Assembly: GCA_017654855.1 (NCBI GenBank)
Contig: CM030333.1
Location: 4,774,001-4,838,000 of the forward strand
Reading direction: 5' to 3'
Source: Podospora anserina
Lineage: Eukaryota
DNA: 64,000 nt
The position numbers and the translations under genes were made by a program. Positions within the stretch are counted from its first letter, which is position 1. Each line of letters begins with the position of its first letter. The notes below the pieces were generated by a model, which had not been told where the DNA came from, did not search any database, and worked only from the letters and a program-made list of their open reading frames with translations. Positions 36,385-49,343 of the stretch are shown piece after piece.

Positions 36385-37592
36385 ATGGAAACAAGAAGGT
36401 CGGCTCGCCTCGGTGCCATCTCCGAGTCTGCCAAAATCACCGAGCCAGCACCTGCTCCTGCTCCAACCAAATTCCGCAAGAGAAAAGCCGTCGAAGAGGA
36501 CGACAATGAGCAAGACACCACCCCATCAACCCCCCGTCGACCTCGTGCTGCCCCCAAGCCCGACCGCTACCAAGCACCACCAGCAACACCAACCCCCAAC
36601 GCAGTCTCCCTCATAGCCGAACCGGTCAACACAATCTCCAAGCCCAAACCCGCCGCGGTAAACCGCCTCGCAGACCCCAACCGCACCAACGCCCTCCTCC
36701 TATCCCCTCAAACATCCCGGCTCATCTCCTCCACCACCGGCCCCTCAGTCCAACCCCCTACTTCTCCCTCCGCCATCCCGCTAGAAGGCATCAAAACCAC
36801 CCCCTCCACCACAACCACCACCAACCTTCTAGAAGAAGCCTGCGCCCACCTCATCAAAGTCGATCCCAGAATGAAGCCCCTGATCGAGAAACACCACTGC
36901 CACATCTTTTCCCCTGAGGGCCTATCCGAGAAAATCGACCCGTTTGAGTCTTTGGCGTCAGGTATCATCTCCCAGCAAGTCTCTGGGGCGGCGGCAAAGG
37001 CCATCAAGAACAGATTTATCTCTCTTTTCTACCCGGGCAATGACACCACCACCACCACCCATGAGAAAAAGAAGTTCCCCACCCCGGCGGACGTCATAGG
37101 AAAGAGTATCGAAACCCTTCGCACGGCGGGGCTGTCACAGAGGAAAGCGGAGTATCTTCTTGGGCTGGCTCAGAAGTTTGTCTCTGGGGAGCTGACGGCG
37201 CAGATGCTGGCTGATGCGCCTTATGAGGAGGTTCTGGAGAAGTTGATTGCAGTGAGGGGGCTGGGGAGGTGGTCGGTGGAAATGTTTGCTTGCTTTGGGT
37301 TGAAGAGGATGGATGTGTTTAGTACTGGGGATTTGGGGGTGCAGAGGGGGATGGCCGCCTTTGTGGGGAGGGATGTGGGCAAGTTGAAGGCGAAGGGCGG
37401 GGGGAATAAATGGAAGTATATGAGCGAGAGGGAGATGGAGGAGATTGCGGAGGGGTTTAGGCCTTATCGGAGTTTGTTTATGTGGTAAGTTTACGTCGGC
37501 ATTGGATGTGTGACTGAGTCTGAAGCTGATGATGGTTTTGATTTAGGTATATGTGGAGGGTTGAGGAGACGGATATCAGTACGATGGAGTGA
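36385..37592 (+). CDS. MAG1: DNA-3-methyladenine glycosylase (HhH-GPD, Mag1/AlkA-like)
   Basis: IISQQVSGAAA, LRTAGLSQRKAEY, HhH VRGLGRWSVEM, D(LG)VQRG and PYRSLFMW|YMW. Intron 37485-37546. An upstream in-frame ATG lies at 36202. Confidence 0.9.
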
Positions 37593-40500
37593 ATACCTCG
37601 TGCTGTTTGCTCATGTCTCAATATTCGACATACCGCTCTCGATTTTTGGAGCATTGACCAGCCGGAATTTTTCCAAGTCAAATCCTATTAAGTCTCAACT
37701 GCCGGAGTCAACTTTTGGGTGTCTGGCTCGGCACATGAACCGAACCCAAGAATCTAGTTCATGCCGTTTCTTGCCCGTGTCACCATACCCCAAAGTTGGA
37801 ATCCCGGTCATGCAGTTCAGTTCAAGAATCCCCATCAGGGCCGCAATCTAAATTTCCACCAAGTTTCTGTTTGTTTCAGATTTACTTGGTTGGTGGTAAT
37901 ATATATCGTATTATATCCCATGTTTTGTGTGTTGTATGTGGTATTTCCTGCTTGAATGATGCTTGTCATTGGGAGGAGTTTAATCAGACCCAACAAGAGA
38001 AATAAACTGCGGCGGAATGGATCCTATTCGCGAGAGGTGGTGATGGTAATCTTGTTTGGTGATTTTAGTTTGGCATTTAGGCTTGGATACCGAAACAGCT
38101 ACATATATCCGGCTCTTATAGCAGACTCTCATGATTTAGCTATGGATGTCGGAGAGTGTAGCCTGGACTTTGAGGTAAACAATAATGCTATATACCATCA
38201 ATACGACGCCAAGTAGGTGTGGGTGATACCGTTGCAAACTCTATGCAAAACATATATGTATGCAGTTTGATATGCCGTTGCGGATCAAGAGTACATCATA
38301 CTGCCCACTCAAGGCAACGATTTGACTTCAGCTGCCAGTATCCCATGATGCTATGGACATCGGTTGGCCTGTCTCATAATCATCACTTCCCTCGCTTCAA
38401 CCAGATGCTGCCATGCTGTCAAGTATCGTGCAACAGCTAGGGGGGTGTAAGTCAAGACACCATCAACAGACAACAAAAAACGTCAAAGAATTAAACTCTC
38501 CCTGGCTTGATCTGGAGTACCAAGTCCTGTCCCAAAGCGCCGGCATTGGGACGAACCTTTGCCAAACCACAAAATCCAGTCTGCTACTCCTCCACATCCC
38601 ACCCCTTGGGTCAAGCCCACACGTATGTCTTTCCCCGCATATTGATGTCATGTTCAGTGTGGATTGTCGCAAAAATCCCCAAACCTAATTCGTACATGTC
38701 CCAGACCTTAAAGCAACGTCACAGGAGATCTGACATTTCGCCCATTATCAAAACCGTTGCCAAGATATTGTGGCAGCATGCCAATGCGAGGCTCAGTCGG
38801 TGCTACAGACGGCGGCGGCAATATGGCCCGACCCTGGCCTCGACCTGTCACAAACAATTGTCATCTCTTCTTGTAAAAATGAGGTCTCAAATAATGCGAG
38901 ATAGGCACCGGAAATGTTCCCCTGTGGCGCTGGACACTCGCACAAAATGTGCCATATGTACGCCGTAGCTTGGTTTACACGATCTTCAACGATACGGATT
39001 CCAACATCAGGATCAAAGACTCACGATTGTCGTCAGCCTTGTTGTTCAAACGCCCAGCTTGCGTAAGCTTGTTTATCCCGTTCTTTCTGTGACTTGTTTC
39101 ATGTCGCATCTGCAAACCCCCAATCGAGAAAAGGGAAACCCCCGTGTGTTGGACATCGAGAACCTCTGGATCGAATGATTGGTGGTTGTCGTGCACGGTC
39201 CATCAACAGCAAAAAGGGGGCGCTCTAGAAACGGATATCGAACGGCTGGGTGTGGCCATATCCGTTCACATTTCACCAGCGCGGATCAAGATAACAACGC
39301 AGCAGCCAGCCACGGCACAGTGTTCCCGTCCGCAGGCCAGGACAACGGGATGAAAAATGTGCCGTCGCCGTGACGCCCATGGTGGTTTTCCACGCGGACG
39401 AATTGAACGACTCGAGACCTTTTGGGTGATGATATGTTGAAATGCAAAAAATGCAGGATTTGACCATTCTTGTGTGTTGTGTTCCATGCCGATCACGCTC
39501 CCTGATTTTGAATTGCAGGGTGGAGTTGTGTCTCTCTCGCTTGAGTGCGACATTGGCCAATTGAAATTCGCAATTTTCGTATCCTGAAATGGCCGTTTTC
39601 CTTCCTTTCCAGAAGCCTGATCAAAACACCAGACTTTTCCTGTCATCGGTCGCCTCCCTGCCTGTTACTATCCGTCCAGGTGGCCACAAATACCGGTATC
39701 CGGAGGTTCGGGCGCCGGCTGGTAGAAGATTGTAACCGATGCGGGCGGGATCCCTCAGACAAAAGAACCACGTGCCGGAACAGAGAACAGACCAAATGGT
39801 TGTTTTCGGTCGTTCTTGTGGTTCTTTGTGCTCGTGCCCGTGCCCGACGTCATACCGCCGCGGGCTGGACAGGTACCGATCAGTGTAAGCTTCGTTGACG
39901 TCGCTGCTCAGAACCTGAAGAAGCTCCTCCTCCTCCGCATTCTCTGGCGGCCGAGCTAGTGCTGCAATCACGGCTACACAATGCAACGCAGGGACGTTGT
40001 GTTGTGGAGTGTCCATCTTTTCCTTTGATCTGTGGTCTTGTTTGCTTGCTGCCCGTTGCCCGGTGGCCGTGTTCATAGGGAAAAGGGTTATGAAATCGGA
40101 CGGGCCGAAGTTGACCGCTTCGTGATCAGAAGACCCAGGAGACAGCATTGATGGCAGGGAGAATTTGGCCAAATCTTGAGATCCCGGCGAGTCCCATTTT
40201 CCTAATTCCTGCGAGATTGGTTCCCCGGCCCCTGTCGAGCCAAGCCCTCCATCGACGGCGCCAGACGCTCAAGAAAAAAAGCAGGCAGCTCGGCCGAGCT
40301 TGGAAGTTGGACGAGCTTCCAGGGCGCCCGACTGGTGATTCCTTGGAATCCTGGCCCACCTCAACCCCCGGACGTGACACGGTTATGTCCACGCCTGAGG
40401 CCTCAACTCAACCTTCTTGGTCACCAACAACAACATAGACAGAATCAGACAAACAATGACAGCTTGAGATTATTATGAGGAGCCCAAAATATGCCAAGTC

Positions 40501-41408
40501 TCGCCCATTGCCGTGGTGAAGCAGATCCAGATCCAAGTGGAGACCTGTGCTGTCGCGGTGAACCACTCAGGGCCTGTCGATGCTGGCGGTGCATGCGCAC
40601 ACCCCACCTTTCAGCTTCTTGTGGTGGTGTTCTTGCAGGGGCGTGCCCGTAACATGGCTAGCGTACCTGCAATAATTTAGCTCCATTTGCCCCTTCCTCG
40701 CATGTTTCTGGTGCCGACGTGCCTGTCTTTTCTGCCCCTTGGATTCTACTTTTCTCAAGCCACGCCTCTCTCTCTCCTTCCCTCATCACACCTTTCTTCC
40801 TCCCGTCATTTTGAAGGTCCTTCTTCACTTCATACATTCGTTACTGTCAATATTTCTCCCATCGTCGTTGATTAGAAAGAGTCCTCTCGCTCACTCTTTC
40901 TCTCCCTCATCACGACTTTCTCACCAACCAAAACCGAATCCCGCGTCGCGTCCATCCTCCCGCGCCACTAATCAACTAAGACATTCCGGTATCCCGCGAC
41001 GCCATTGAAGAAAGAGGTGCGTTCCAATAGAAGGGGTGTTCTTGACTCGTCTCCCTCACATCCCACTGTGTACCTGCTGCTTTCACAAGAAAATCCTGAA
41101 CCCGACAAGACACCCGAGAGGAGGAGCTGCTTCACAGTCGATCAGCGGAAGGAAAGACATCTGCTTTGCGCGCCAGGCCCGCTTTGCGTGGACCATCTTG
41201 ATCCAATTGCCCGCCTCTCAGTTTTCCTTCCCACAACTCGAGCTGTGAATCATCAAACTTTTTTGGACTGGTTTCCCCCGAGAACAACACAAGCATTGTA
41301 GCACTACTTCTGATATCACTGCACACCCAACGCACTTTTTATTCATCTTCAGACATTCAACCCACGAGCCATTGCTGACATCGATCCCATTTACTCAGAT
41401 TCAGCAAA

Positions 41409-42752
41409 ATGCTCGTCAAGAACCTCCTCCCTGCCTTCGTGGCAATTGGCTCTGCCGCTGGTGAGTCCATGATGCGAACATCTCGTGAAGCCATGACGAG
41501 GTGACTGACATGCTATGACACCAGCCCAAAGCGGCACCTGCTCCATCTCCGGAGGCACAACAACCATCAACAGCCAGGCCGATGCTACTGGGCTTGCGAG
41601 CTGCAGAACGGTCCGCGGTAGCGTAGTTATTGGACGCAGCGCCGGCCCCAGCATTGATCTCTCTGGCCCTGGTGAGATCACTGGCGACCTTAAGGTGGCC
41701 GACAATGGCATCATCGAGACCCTCCAGAGCAGCGACCTCGCCACCATTGGCGGCAAGTTCCAGCTGAAGAATGTCACCAAGCTCACCTCCGTAAGCATGT
41801 CTAAGCTCACTGCTGCCAAGGAGATCGAGTGGGACACCGTCACCAACATCGAGTCTGTGACCCTCGGCCCCGTCAACAAGGTCGACGACATCAGAATCAG
41901 CATCACCTCCCTCAGGAATCTCGATGCTCTCGACCTCGGCAACGTTGCCAACCTCAAGCTTGACAACAACGCCCGTCTGTCCAAGTTCTCCAGCAACCTT
42001 CGCACCTTGAGCAAGAACCTTGTTCTTGCTTCCAACGGTATTGGCGGCATCGGTCTCGAGGTTGAGCTCCCTAACCTCGTCTGGGCTGTCGAGCTCGACA
42101 TCAACAACGTCACCACCTTCTCCGTTCCCTCCCTCAAGACTGTCAACGGCAGCGCTCGCTTCGGCTCCAACTTCTTCCAGTCCTTCTCCGCCCCAAACCT
42201 TACTGCCACCAGCTCCGGTGATATCTCCTTCATTGGTAACGCCAAGCTCACCAACGCCACCTTCCCCAAGCTTGAGGCCATTGCTGGTGGTCTGACCATT
42301 GCCAACAACACCAACCTCGATGAGCTCACTGGCTTCCCCAAGCTCAAGTCTATTGGTGGTGCCGTCTTGCTCCGTGGCAACTTCGAGTCGTAAGTTTTGA
42401 AATGTTGAAAGTTTGTTGGACAGCCACTAACATGATGGAATTTAGTGTTGAGATGCCCGCTCTCGACACCGTCCGTGGTACTTTCGACGCCTCTTCTTCC
42501 GCCGACATTTCCGAGTCTTGCAAGGCCTTCGACAAGCTCGCTCCTCAGAACCAGGGCGGTAACGGTGTCATCGCCGGTGGCTACGACTGCACTAGCAACA
42601 ACACCCAGGCCAACGAGGATACCGACGGCAGCACTTCTGGCAACGACGGCAGTGGCGGCAATGATGACAAGGACAACGGTGCCGTCGGCATGGCCCTCAA
42701 CACCGGCCTCTTCGCCATCATCGCCCTTGCCGGTTTCGCCGTGGCTCTCTAA
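41409..42752 (+). CDS. ECM33: GPI-anchored cell-wall organisation protein Ecm33/Pst1 family
   Basis: Signal peptide MLVKNLLPAFVAIGSAA, receptor-L-domain leucine repeats (LPNLVW, VPSLKTVNGS, FPKLEAIAGGL), and a hydrophobic C-terminal GPI signal. Introns 41461-41524 and 42390-42445. Confidence 0.9.
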
Positions 42753-43703
42753 GACGGGAAGAGCAATGTCTGATTTACGAACAAGGAACGACAAATCTGG
42801 AGTTTATGTTGCCGATTAATCGTGGCTGAGCGCATTTGCATCACACACCCATATCACGCGCAGGGATTACTAGACTTAATACTCTTACCAACATGCTCTT
42901 TCCTTTTGACGAACGTTCCTCGTTTCCTCTCCCTCGCCTGTGAAGTTTTTTGGCCCCCTTTCGCGCAATCAACGAAGTCATGAGAGCAGTCCCCTGGTAG
43001 AACTCGACGCAGAGTTTTATCGGGGGCTAGGAAACGAGAACGCGGTTAAGTGGAAGGAGGATGGTTGAGTAGAGAGGTGTTGGACAGGAGATTCGGTTGT
43101 AGTGTGGGCTGTGGAGAATAAGGAAACATAATAACTGGGTGATGGGTGCGGAAGAGGATAAACATCGCTCTATGATTTTTGACTGGTTCTAGCGGCGTTT
43201 TGTTTATTTGTATGAAATCTCTTACACGTTGTAATATCGATGGGGGCCGCGAGCCGTGTTGCTGGTGTCGTATTGTAGGGTTAAAAGCGAATATGATGAT
43301 TGTCTGTTGAGTTTTGGACTTGGTCTGTTGCGTACTTGGGGTTCAACTGTGACATGGTATTTTTCGGGAAAGGATGTCTCATGTTCATGTCCTTTTCCGC
43401 CACTATCACGGTCTTTTTCTGTCTTGGGGAACGATAAGAATAAGCAGTCTAACAGCACAGCCCTCTCACTGTATACATATTTGCTCGTTGGTTTCGGTAC
43501 TACTGCGTTGTATATCTGGAGACACTTGGGGGTCTCCAGATAATTGCTGTTTTGGAAGTTGACCAAAGTAGAAATATTGTGTCTCTTGCATGGTCTTTGG
43601 TTTTCCATCCACGACCACCTCTACCTAGATTTATTTATACCTAGAGATGTTCCCCACCCCCAAAAAAAAAAAATACCATTCCTTTCTCTATGCAGCCAAG
43701 TAT

Positions 43704-45372
43704 CTACTCCTCATAAACCCCTTCCTCAAACTTTTCCGCGTCGTAGAACCCAGCCCGAATGGTGTTTCCATTGAAGATTCTTCCTTCGAGGGCATTGACT
43801 GCCTGTGATATCATGTCTTGTCAGCAACGCTATCGAACGTTTAGTGTGTTACTGCAGTTGAAACTTACCCTCAAAGCCGAAACCTCCTCCACAAACTGGA
43901 TATACACCCTCTTGTTCTCCCCCAGCCTTTCACTCTGATCAATAAACAGCCTCTCCACCCTCCCATACTTTTCCCCGCACTCCTCCCCTATCTCCTGCCC
44001 CAGCCCAGCCTCAACTTCAGCGGCCAGGTTGGGAATGTTGAGGAGCATATCCCTTAGCACCACTACCCTGCTGATCTTTTGCCCGGCGTTGTTGTTGTTG
44101 TTGTTGTTGTCTTGTTGCGGCTGTGAGGGAGTGGAAAGTGACTTGGGGGCAATGATGCGCCCCTGAGCAGCAGCCGGATCCCGGAAGCCACCGCCTTCCG
44201 CGTCGGATTTCTTCTTGCGTTTGAGAGGCTGGACGGACAGGGCGGAGGTGATGCCGGAGGAGGAGGCGCCGAGGCCGGTGCCGGCTGTCCAGCCGTATTT
44301 GGACATTAGCTTGGTTGCAAAGGCTTTGCCGCGGGTCTTTTGCGGAAGGGAGCCGGCCACGTTGATGGAGGAGTAATCTACGCCTTCGTGTTCTTCGGGG
44401 TCGGAGTCGAGGTCCATTGCTTCTGGGTCGGTTGGGGGTGGTGGTGGTGGTGGGGAGTATCGGACGGGAGCACGGGATATGGTTGCGGTGTCGGTGGGGG
44501 GAGGTGGTGGTAAGGGGCTGGAATCGGGCGGTGGTGGAGGGGGTGGTTGTTGTTGTTGTTGTTGTGACAAGGCCAAACGGCGGGCGTACGCGTCGTCACC
44601 GGTTGCGTCGTCTGGTATATTTGCTGCTGTTCTTGGGGGTGACATGGCCGGCGGTGCAAAGTTGAACGAGGTAGGGGGTGCGAACTGGCTGTTCATGCCC
44701 ATTCCTCTGCGGTCTGGCTCGTCTTCGTCCTCATCAGTGTAGCGATCCTGGCTTCGTGACTTGCGTCTGTGGGCGTAGAGGATTTCCTTCCACTCTCTTA
44801 CTTCCCGTATTCGTTCGTCGCTTCGGAGGTATTCTTCTACGTTGGTTGGGCGGGCGGGGTCGTAGGTCTCGTCCCAGTTTGTTTGTTCCCTTTCGTCGGC
44901 CTTTTTCTTCTTTTTCCTCCTGCCGCCACGCTGACGCTTCTCGTTGGAGGCGCTGTAGAGGTATTCATCTTCCTCTGTTGCTGCCCAGTCGGCCAATGTG
45001 CTTCGCTGTGGTGGTTGCGCTGCTGCTGCTGCTGGGGCACCTGGTGATGCTGATGCTGAGGGGACAGCGGGGGGAGCTTTGGGAAAGGATGGTTTCGGTT
45101 TCGCTGTTGGTCTGTTGACTTGTGGTCGGCGGAGCATAGGCTGAAAGCGAAGAGCTGTTCCATAGGTTAGCAAGAATACAAAGCTGTGTATGCGCAGAGG
45201 ACACACCTGGATCTATCGCCTTCTTCGGGGGAGGCGCATTGTTGTCTTTGGACTCGTTCTGATCTTTGGATGCAAGCGCGGGGCTAGAGCTGCTGTCGCC
45301 GACTGGATCAAGTAAGTTGGCATATAGGGACATTCCGCCCCCGCTAGGACGCGGCGGTGGTGGTGCTGACAT
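43704..45372 (-). CDS. SPF45: Splicing factor SPF45/RBM17-like (SF45 motif, G-patch, UHM)
   Basis: MSLYANLL N-terminus, YDPARPTNVEEY, G-patch FATKLMSKYGWTAGTGLG, and UHM EIGEECGEKYGRVE...AVNALEGRIFNGN. Introns 45206-45155 and 43868-43803. Confidence 0.85.
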
Positions 45373-45710
45373 CTTGATGGACCTATGTCGAAGTGGTTCG
45401 TTGTGAAAGTTGATGCTCAGCCTTGCACGCGAGGCCAACGTGGATGCAGCAAACAATTGGAGATGGCCGTTGAGGTGCCAAAATAGTGGGTCCGGTTGCT
45501 ACTCTTTTAGTGGAGGCCCTAGGAGTACGGAGTATACGTGCCTCTTTTAAGTATGCTTTTTCTGAACCTATGAATCAACCGCAATGAAGTCCCATACTGC
45601 AAAATTGTTATGATGCAAGGGAAATTGTATTAAGGACGTAGAGAGTCCATGAAAATATATGTCATCGCTCAAAAATATCCTTATTCATCCTACTCAAACC
45701 TCGACTATTC

Positions 45711-48467
45711 TTAGGACCTCTGCTTCGGGACCTTCTTGCCTTCCATGGCTTCCACGTCCTTCTTGTCATAGTAATGCCCTCCAAACTCTGTAAGCCACTT
45801 GGGGTCAATGGGGATGACACTCCTCACAAACTCCTTGCTCGTCACCACCAACTCGTGGTAAATAATGACCCTTGGTGGCGGATCAATACCCCTGACGACA
45901 CTGCTCGGGTGCACGTATACCGTCATGTTGTTCTTCAGCGTCCTGTACCCGTCACCACTGCGGTTCAACCTAGCCGCGTTCAAGAAGAAGGCCGACGTTA
46001 GAGCTCGAAGAATCGGGCTCATGTTGGATATCCCACCGCAAGATGATTCGGACCCTTCGAGCACTCGATCGCACAGTTTGGCGAGCTGGTCTCGGACATC
46101 ACGGGCTCTGGTCAAACTTCGCTGCGTGAGGAAGTTTTCCTTTGCCCAGATGGGAGAGTAGTCCGAGTCTACCCATTGGTTGTAGACATTGAGCAGAGTC
46201 AGGTGGTCACCACCGTCCTTGACAGTGAACCGCGCCCTGGCAGAGTCGGCGTGGACCGCCTTGTCCTTGGGCCGGAAGAAAAGGGTTGCTACCTCGCCGA
46301 GCATTGCGACAATGGTGAGAACCTCCGAAACACACTCTTCAGCGGTGGCCGCGATGAGTGCCTTGGCAAGCATAGGTTCAGCTGGGAACTCGCCCATTTG
46401 CCGACCAACACGTGTCAAGGCGCCAGCGGAGTTGAGTGCTCCAAGGGCATAGAGAAGGTTGAGAGACTTGATGAGAAGCTCGGTGGGTGGGGGGTCGAGG
46501 AAGTCAAAGTTGAGGAGATCATCGATACCTAAAGCCTTGAGTTGCAGAACCACACTGGAGAGCGACGTCCTTTGAATCTCAGGAGTTGGCGATTCGTCCA
46601 TTTCGGACAAGTAGGCAAACCTGGTGTACAGACGGAAGCATTTTCCTGGACGGACACGACCAGCACGACCCATACGCTGGTTGGCGGCAGCTCGAGAGCA
46701 GGGCACGACAGCCAACGTTGACTGGCCAGTCGTACCGACTGGGCTAAAGGTGTTCTCTTTGGCATAACCCGAGTCAATGACATAGACGATGCCATCAATT
46801 GTCAGCGAGGTTTCGGCAATATTCGTGGAAAACACCACCTTTCTTGCATTCGGTGGCGTTGGTTCGAAAATCTTGGCTTGTAGTTCTGAAGGCATGTTGG
46901 CATAGATTGGTAACGCGATGATTTCGGGCACTCGGCTCCCTAGCTGCCGCTTGATCTCTGTAACCTGCTCGCAGGCATGGTCAATTTCTTCTTGACCTGT
47001 AAGGAACACGAGAATGTCGCCTTCGGGTTGCGTCGCGTGCAGTTGAAAGACTGTGGCAATGCTGGCTTCCACATAGTTGGCTTCGGGCTTTTCTGTGTAG
47101 TAGACCTCCACGGGATGGACTCTGCCGGGAACGTTGAAGATGGGCGCTCCGTCGAAGTAACCGCTGAACTTCTCAGCATTGAGGGTAGCTGACGAGATAA
47201 TGAGCTTCAGCTCTGGTCTTGCTCTGGTGAGATCCTTGATCAAAGCCAACAGAATATCGGTATGGACCGTTCTTTCGTGGGCCTCGTCGATGATAATGGC
47301 CGAGTATCCTTCTAATGTCGGTGATGTTACCATCTCCCTCAGAAGCATACCATCCGTCATGTATTTAAGAATAGTCTTCTCGCTGGTACAGTCTTCGAAA
47401 CGGATCGAGTATCCAACCTCCCTGCCCACCTTCACGCCCATCTCGTCAGCGACACGAGCAGCAACACTCATGGCCGCAACACGACGAGGTTGCGTACAGG
47501 CAACCTTCATCCCTTCGTTAGTGTAACCTGCCTCGTGAAGGTACTGGGGTATTTGCGTGGTCTTTCCTGAACCAGTCTCACCGACAAGAATCAGAACCTG
47601 GTATTCTTTGATGGCGTCCAGAAAAGCCTCACGATAGGCGTATACGGGGAGGCTCTTCCGGACCTCTTGGATGGACATGTGCGCCCGTTCCGCTGCCTCG
47701 ATCCGGGCCTTGAGTACCCTCTGCTCCTGGGTCAAACCGTCACTAGGCTGGGTGAGCTTTGCGGCCGCATCGCGAACAAATGCAATGTTATCTTCGTCCA
47801 GCAAGAAGTCGTACTTGCCCTCCTCCTCCTCACGTTCCCGGCTCTGGATTTGCGCCTTTGCCTTGACGGTTTGTTCTCGTTCCCATTCTTCGTACTCGGT
47901 GATGTGCTTCTCGTTTCCGAACTGATCCCTCTCCACATGGCGCCTGTTCAGCGCCTCCTCCTTCTTCTTGCTATCGGCCCCATATTGGTCAGGTAGACGG
48001 TAGCCGTCTTGGTAGTCGTCGATGCGCAATCGCTCCTCGGCCAGCCGTAGGATTTCCCGATTTTTGGCGAAGTCTGCTTTTTCCCGTTCCGATAGCCGTA
48101 CACCAGACCGCAACTCAGCTGTCTCTTCCGCGACCTGTTTTCGGAGCAGCGCCAGCTTCTCTGTTTCTCTCTTGGCCAGGTAGTCAAGGCGTGACTTGAG
48201 GCGCAAGTCGCTTATTTTGGAGTCGTCGCGTCCGGTATCACCGCGGCTTATTTTAGAACCGCTCCCTCCGTCCCTTTCCCTCCTGTCACTGTCTCTTTCG
48301 CTGCCTCTTTCTCGTGGAGAGCTGGACCGTCGATGTCGTGGCGATTCGTCGCCATTTCGTCGCCTGCGCCGCTTCGGAGACCGTGACCGATCGCGCTTCC
48401 GCTCTTTGGATGGCGCGGAAGGGCCCTCGTCCATAGACACAAAGGCGTATCGTTTGTTGGAAGCCAT
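45711..48467 (-). CDS. PRP2: Spliceosomal DEAH-box helicase Prp2/Cdc28/DHX16
   Basis: Intronless 918 aa with GETGSGKTTQIPQYL, TQPRRVAAMSVAARVADEMG, DEAH, SAT and QRMGRAGR. The N-terminal SRLDYLAKRE and EWEREQ segments are typical of DHX16/Cdc28. Confidence 0.88.
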   Translation of the reverse strand: MASNKRYAFVSMDEGPSAPSKERKRDRSRSPKRRRRRNGDESPRHRRSSSPRERGSERDSDRRERDGGSGSKISRGDTGRDDSKISDLRLKSRLDYLAKRETEKLALLRKQVAEETAELRSGVRLSEREKADFAKNREILRLAEERLRIDDYQDGYRLPDQYGADSKKKEEALNRRHVERDQFGNEKHITEYEEWEREQTVKAKAQIQSREREEEEGKYDFLLDEDNIAFVRDAAAKLTQPSDGLTQEQRVLKARIEAAERAHMSIQEVRKSLPVYAYREAFLDAIKEYQVLILVGETGSGKTTQIPQYLHEAGYTNEGMKVACTQPRRVAAMSVAARVADEMGVKVGREVGYSIRFEDCTSEKTILKYMTDGMLLREMVTSPTLEGYSAIIIDEAHERTVHTDILLALIKDLTRARPELKLIISSATLNAEKFSGYFDGAPIFNVPGRVHPVEVYYTEKPEANYVEASIATVFQLHATQPEGDILVFLTGQEEIDHACEQVTEIKRQLGSRVPEIIALPIYANMPSELQAKIFEPTPPNARKVVFSTNIAETSLTIDGIVYVIDSGYAKENTFSPVGTTGQSTLAVVPCSRAAANQRMGRAGRVRPGKCFRLYTRFAYLSEMDESPTPEIQRTSLSSVVLQLKALGIDDLLNFDFLDPPPTELLIKSLNLLYALGALNSAGALTRVGRQMGEFPAEPMLAKALIAATAEECVSEVLTIVAMLGEVATLFFRPKDKAVHADSARARFTVKDGGDHLTLLNVYNQWVDSDYSPIWAKENFLTQRSLTRARDVRDQLAKLCDRVLEGSESSCGGISNMSPILRALTSAFFLNAARLNRSGDGYRTLKNNMTVYVHPSSVVRGIDPPPRVIIYHELVVTSKEFVRSVIPIDPKWLTEFGGHYYDKKDVEAMEGKKVPKQRS

Positions 48468-49343
48468 TGTCGATGCCTTTTGGTTGATGGTGATGATCTG
48501 AGAGGCAACAACACTTCCGATTTCTTATCTTATCAGCAAGGGTGCACAGGCCCTTGGACCATCCTTCAAGGTCCTCTCAAAAGGTAGAGAGGGTTAAGGT
48601 TCCATGTTTCCCCTCAGACCTGTAAAGACCACTTCACAACTTGAACTTCGCTCGGATCTCGGTAAATATTTCCATGGCCTTCTTTTGAATCATGAATTGC
48701 CGTTGCTAACAGCAAAGCCTCAAAAGGGGCTCTCATTCGCCTTTCACTGTTCAGCTTCATGGCCCTGGCAGTGCGATATCGCCACGAACCAATCAGATGC
48801 AACCTCTCAACGCACAACCAGTAGTGAGTTAACAGGGACAAGTCGGTATGAGACCGCTTCTGAGACATGCTAGAGGAGTACGGTATGTCTCGGGAAGTTC
48901 TGTACCTTAAACACTGATGTTTCTCTACAAAACACCAGTTTCCTGGTCTTATACGTGTTGAACCTGCCATCAAGATGACTTCCATCGCTGAAGCTCACGG
49001 CGTTCGGCACAGTTCTGTTGGACCCACTCGTCTCAAGTTGTCGCAGCTCCGATGACACAATGCGGTAGCGCCGCCGTTTACGGATAGGAGGGCAGTGACG
49101 GGGGGCACAGATCGACGCCTCTCGCTATTCATTCAAAAAGCTGGAACTTTTACCTCATTCTGAAGATCCCATCAATTCATGTACTTGCCACTTTTGTACA
49201 TTTCCAAAAGCCTCTCAATCGGCCAGCACTGTGATACCCTTCCATCTTCTAGGTAACACCATTGGCGCACACCTCAGTTCCCGCTATATAACACTTGGCC
49301 GAATCACGACACAAAGGAGACACACAATTCAACAATACCCACA

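Noticed and set aside
41391..42794. 467-aa minus-strand ORF
   Set aside because: Antisense to ECM33 and explained by C-ending codon bias; no recognisable motifs.
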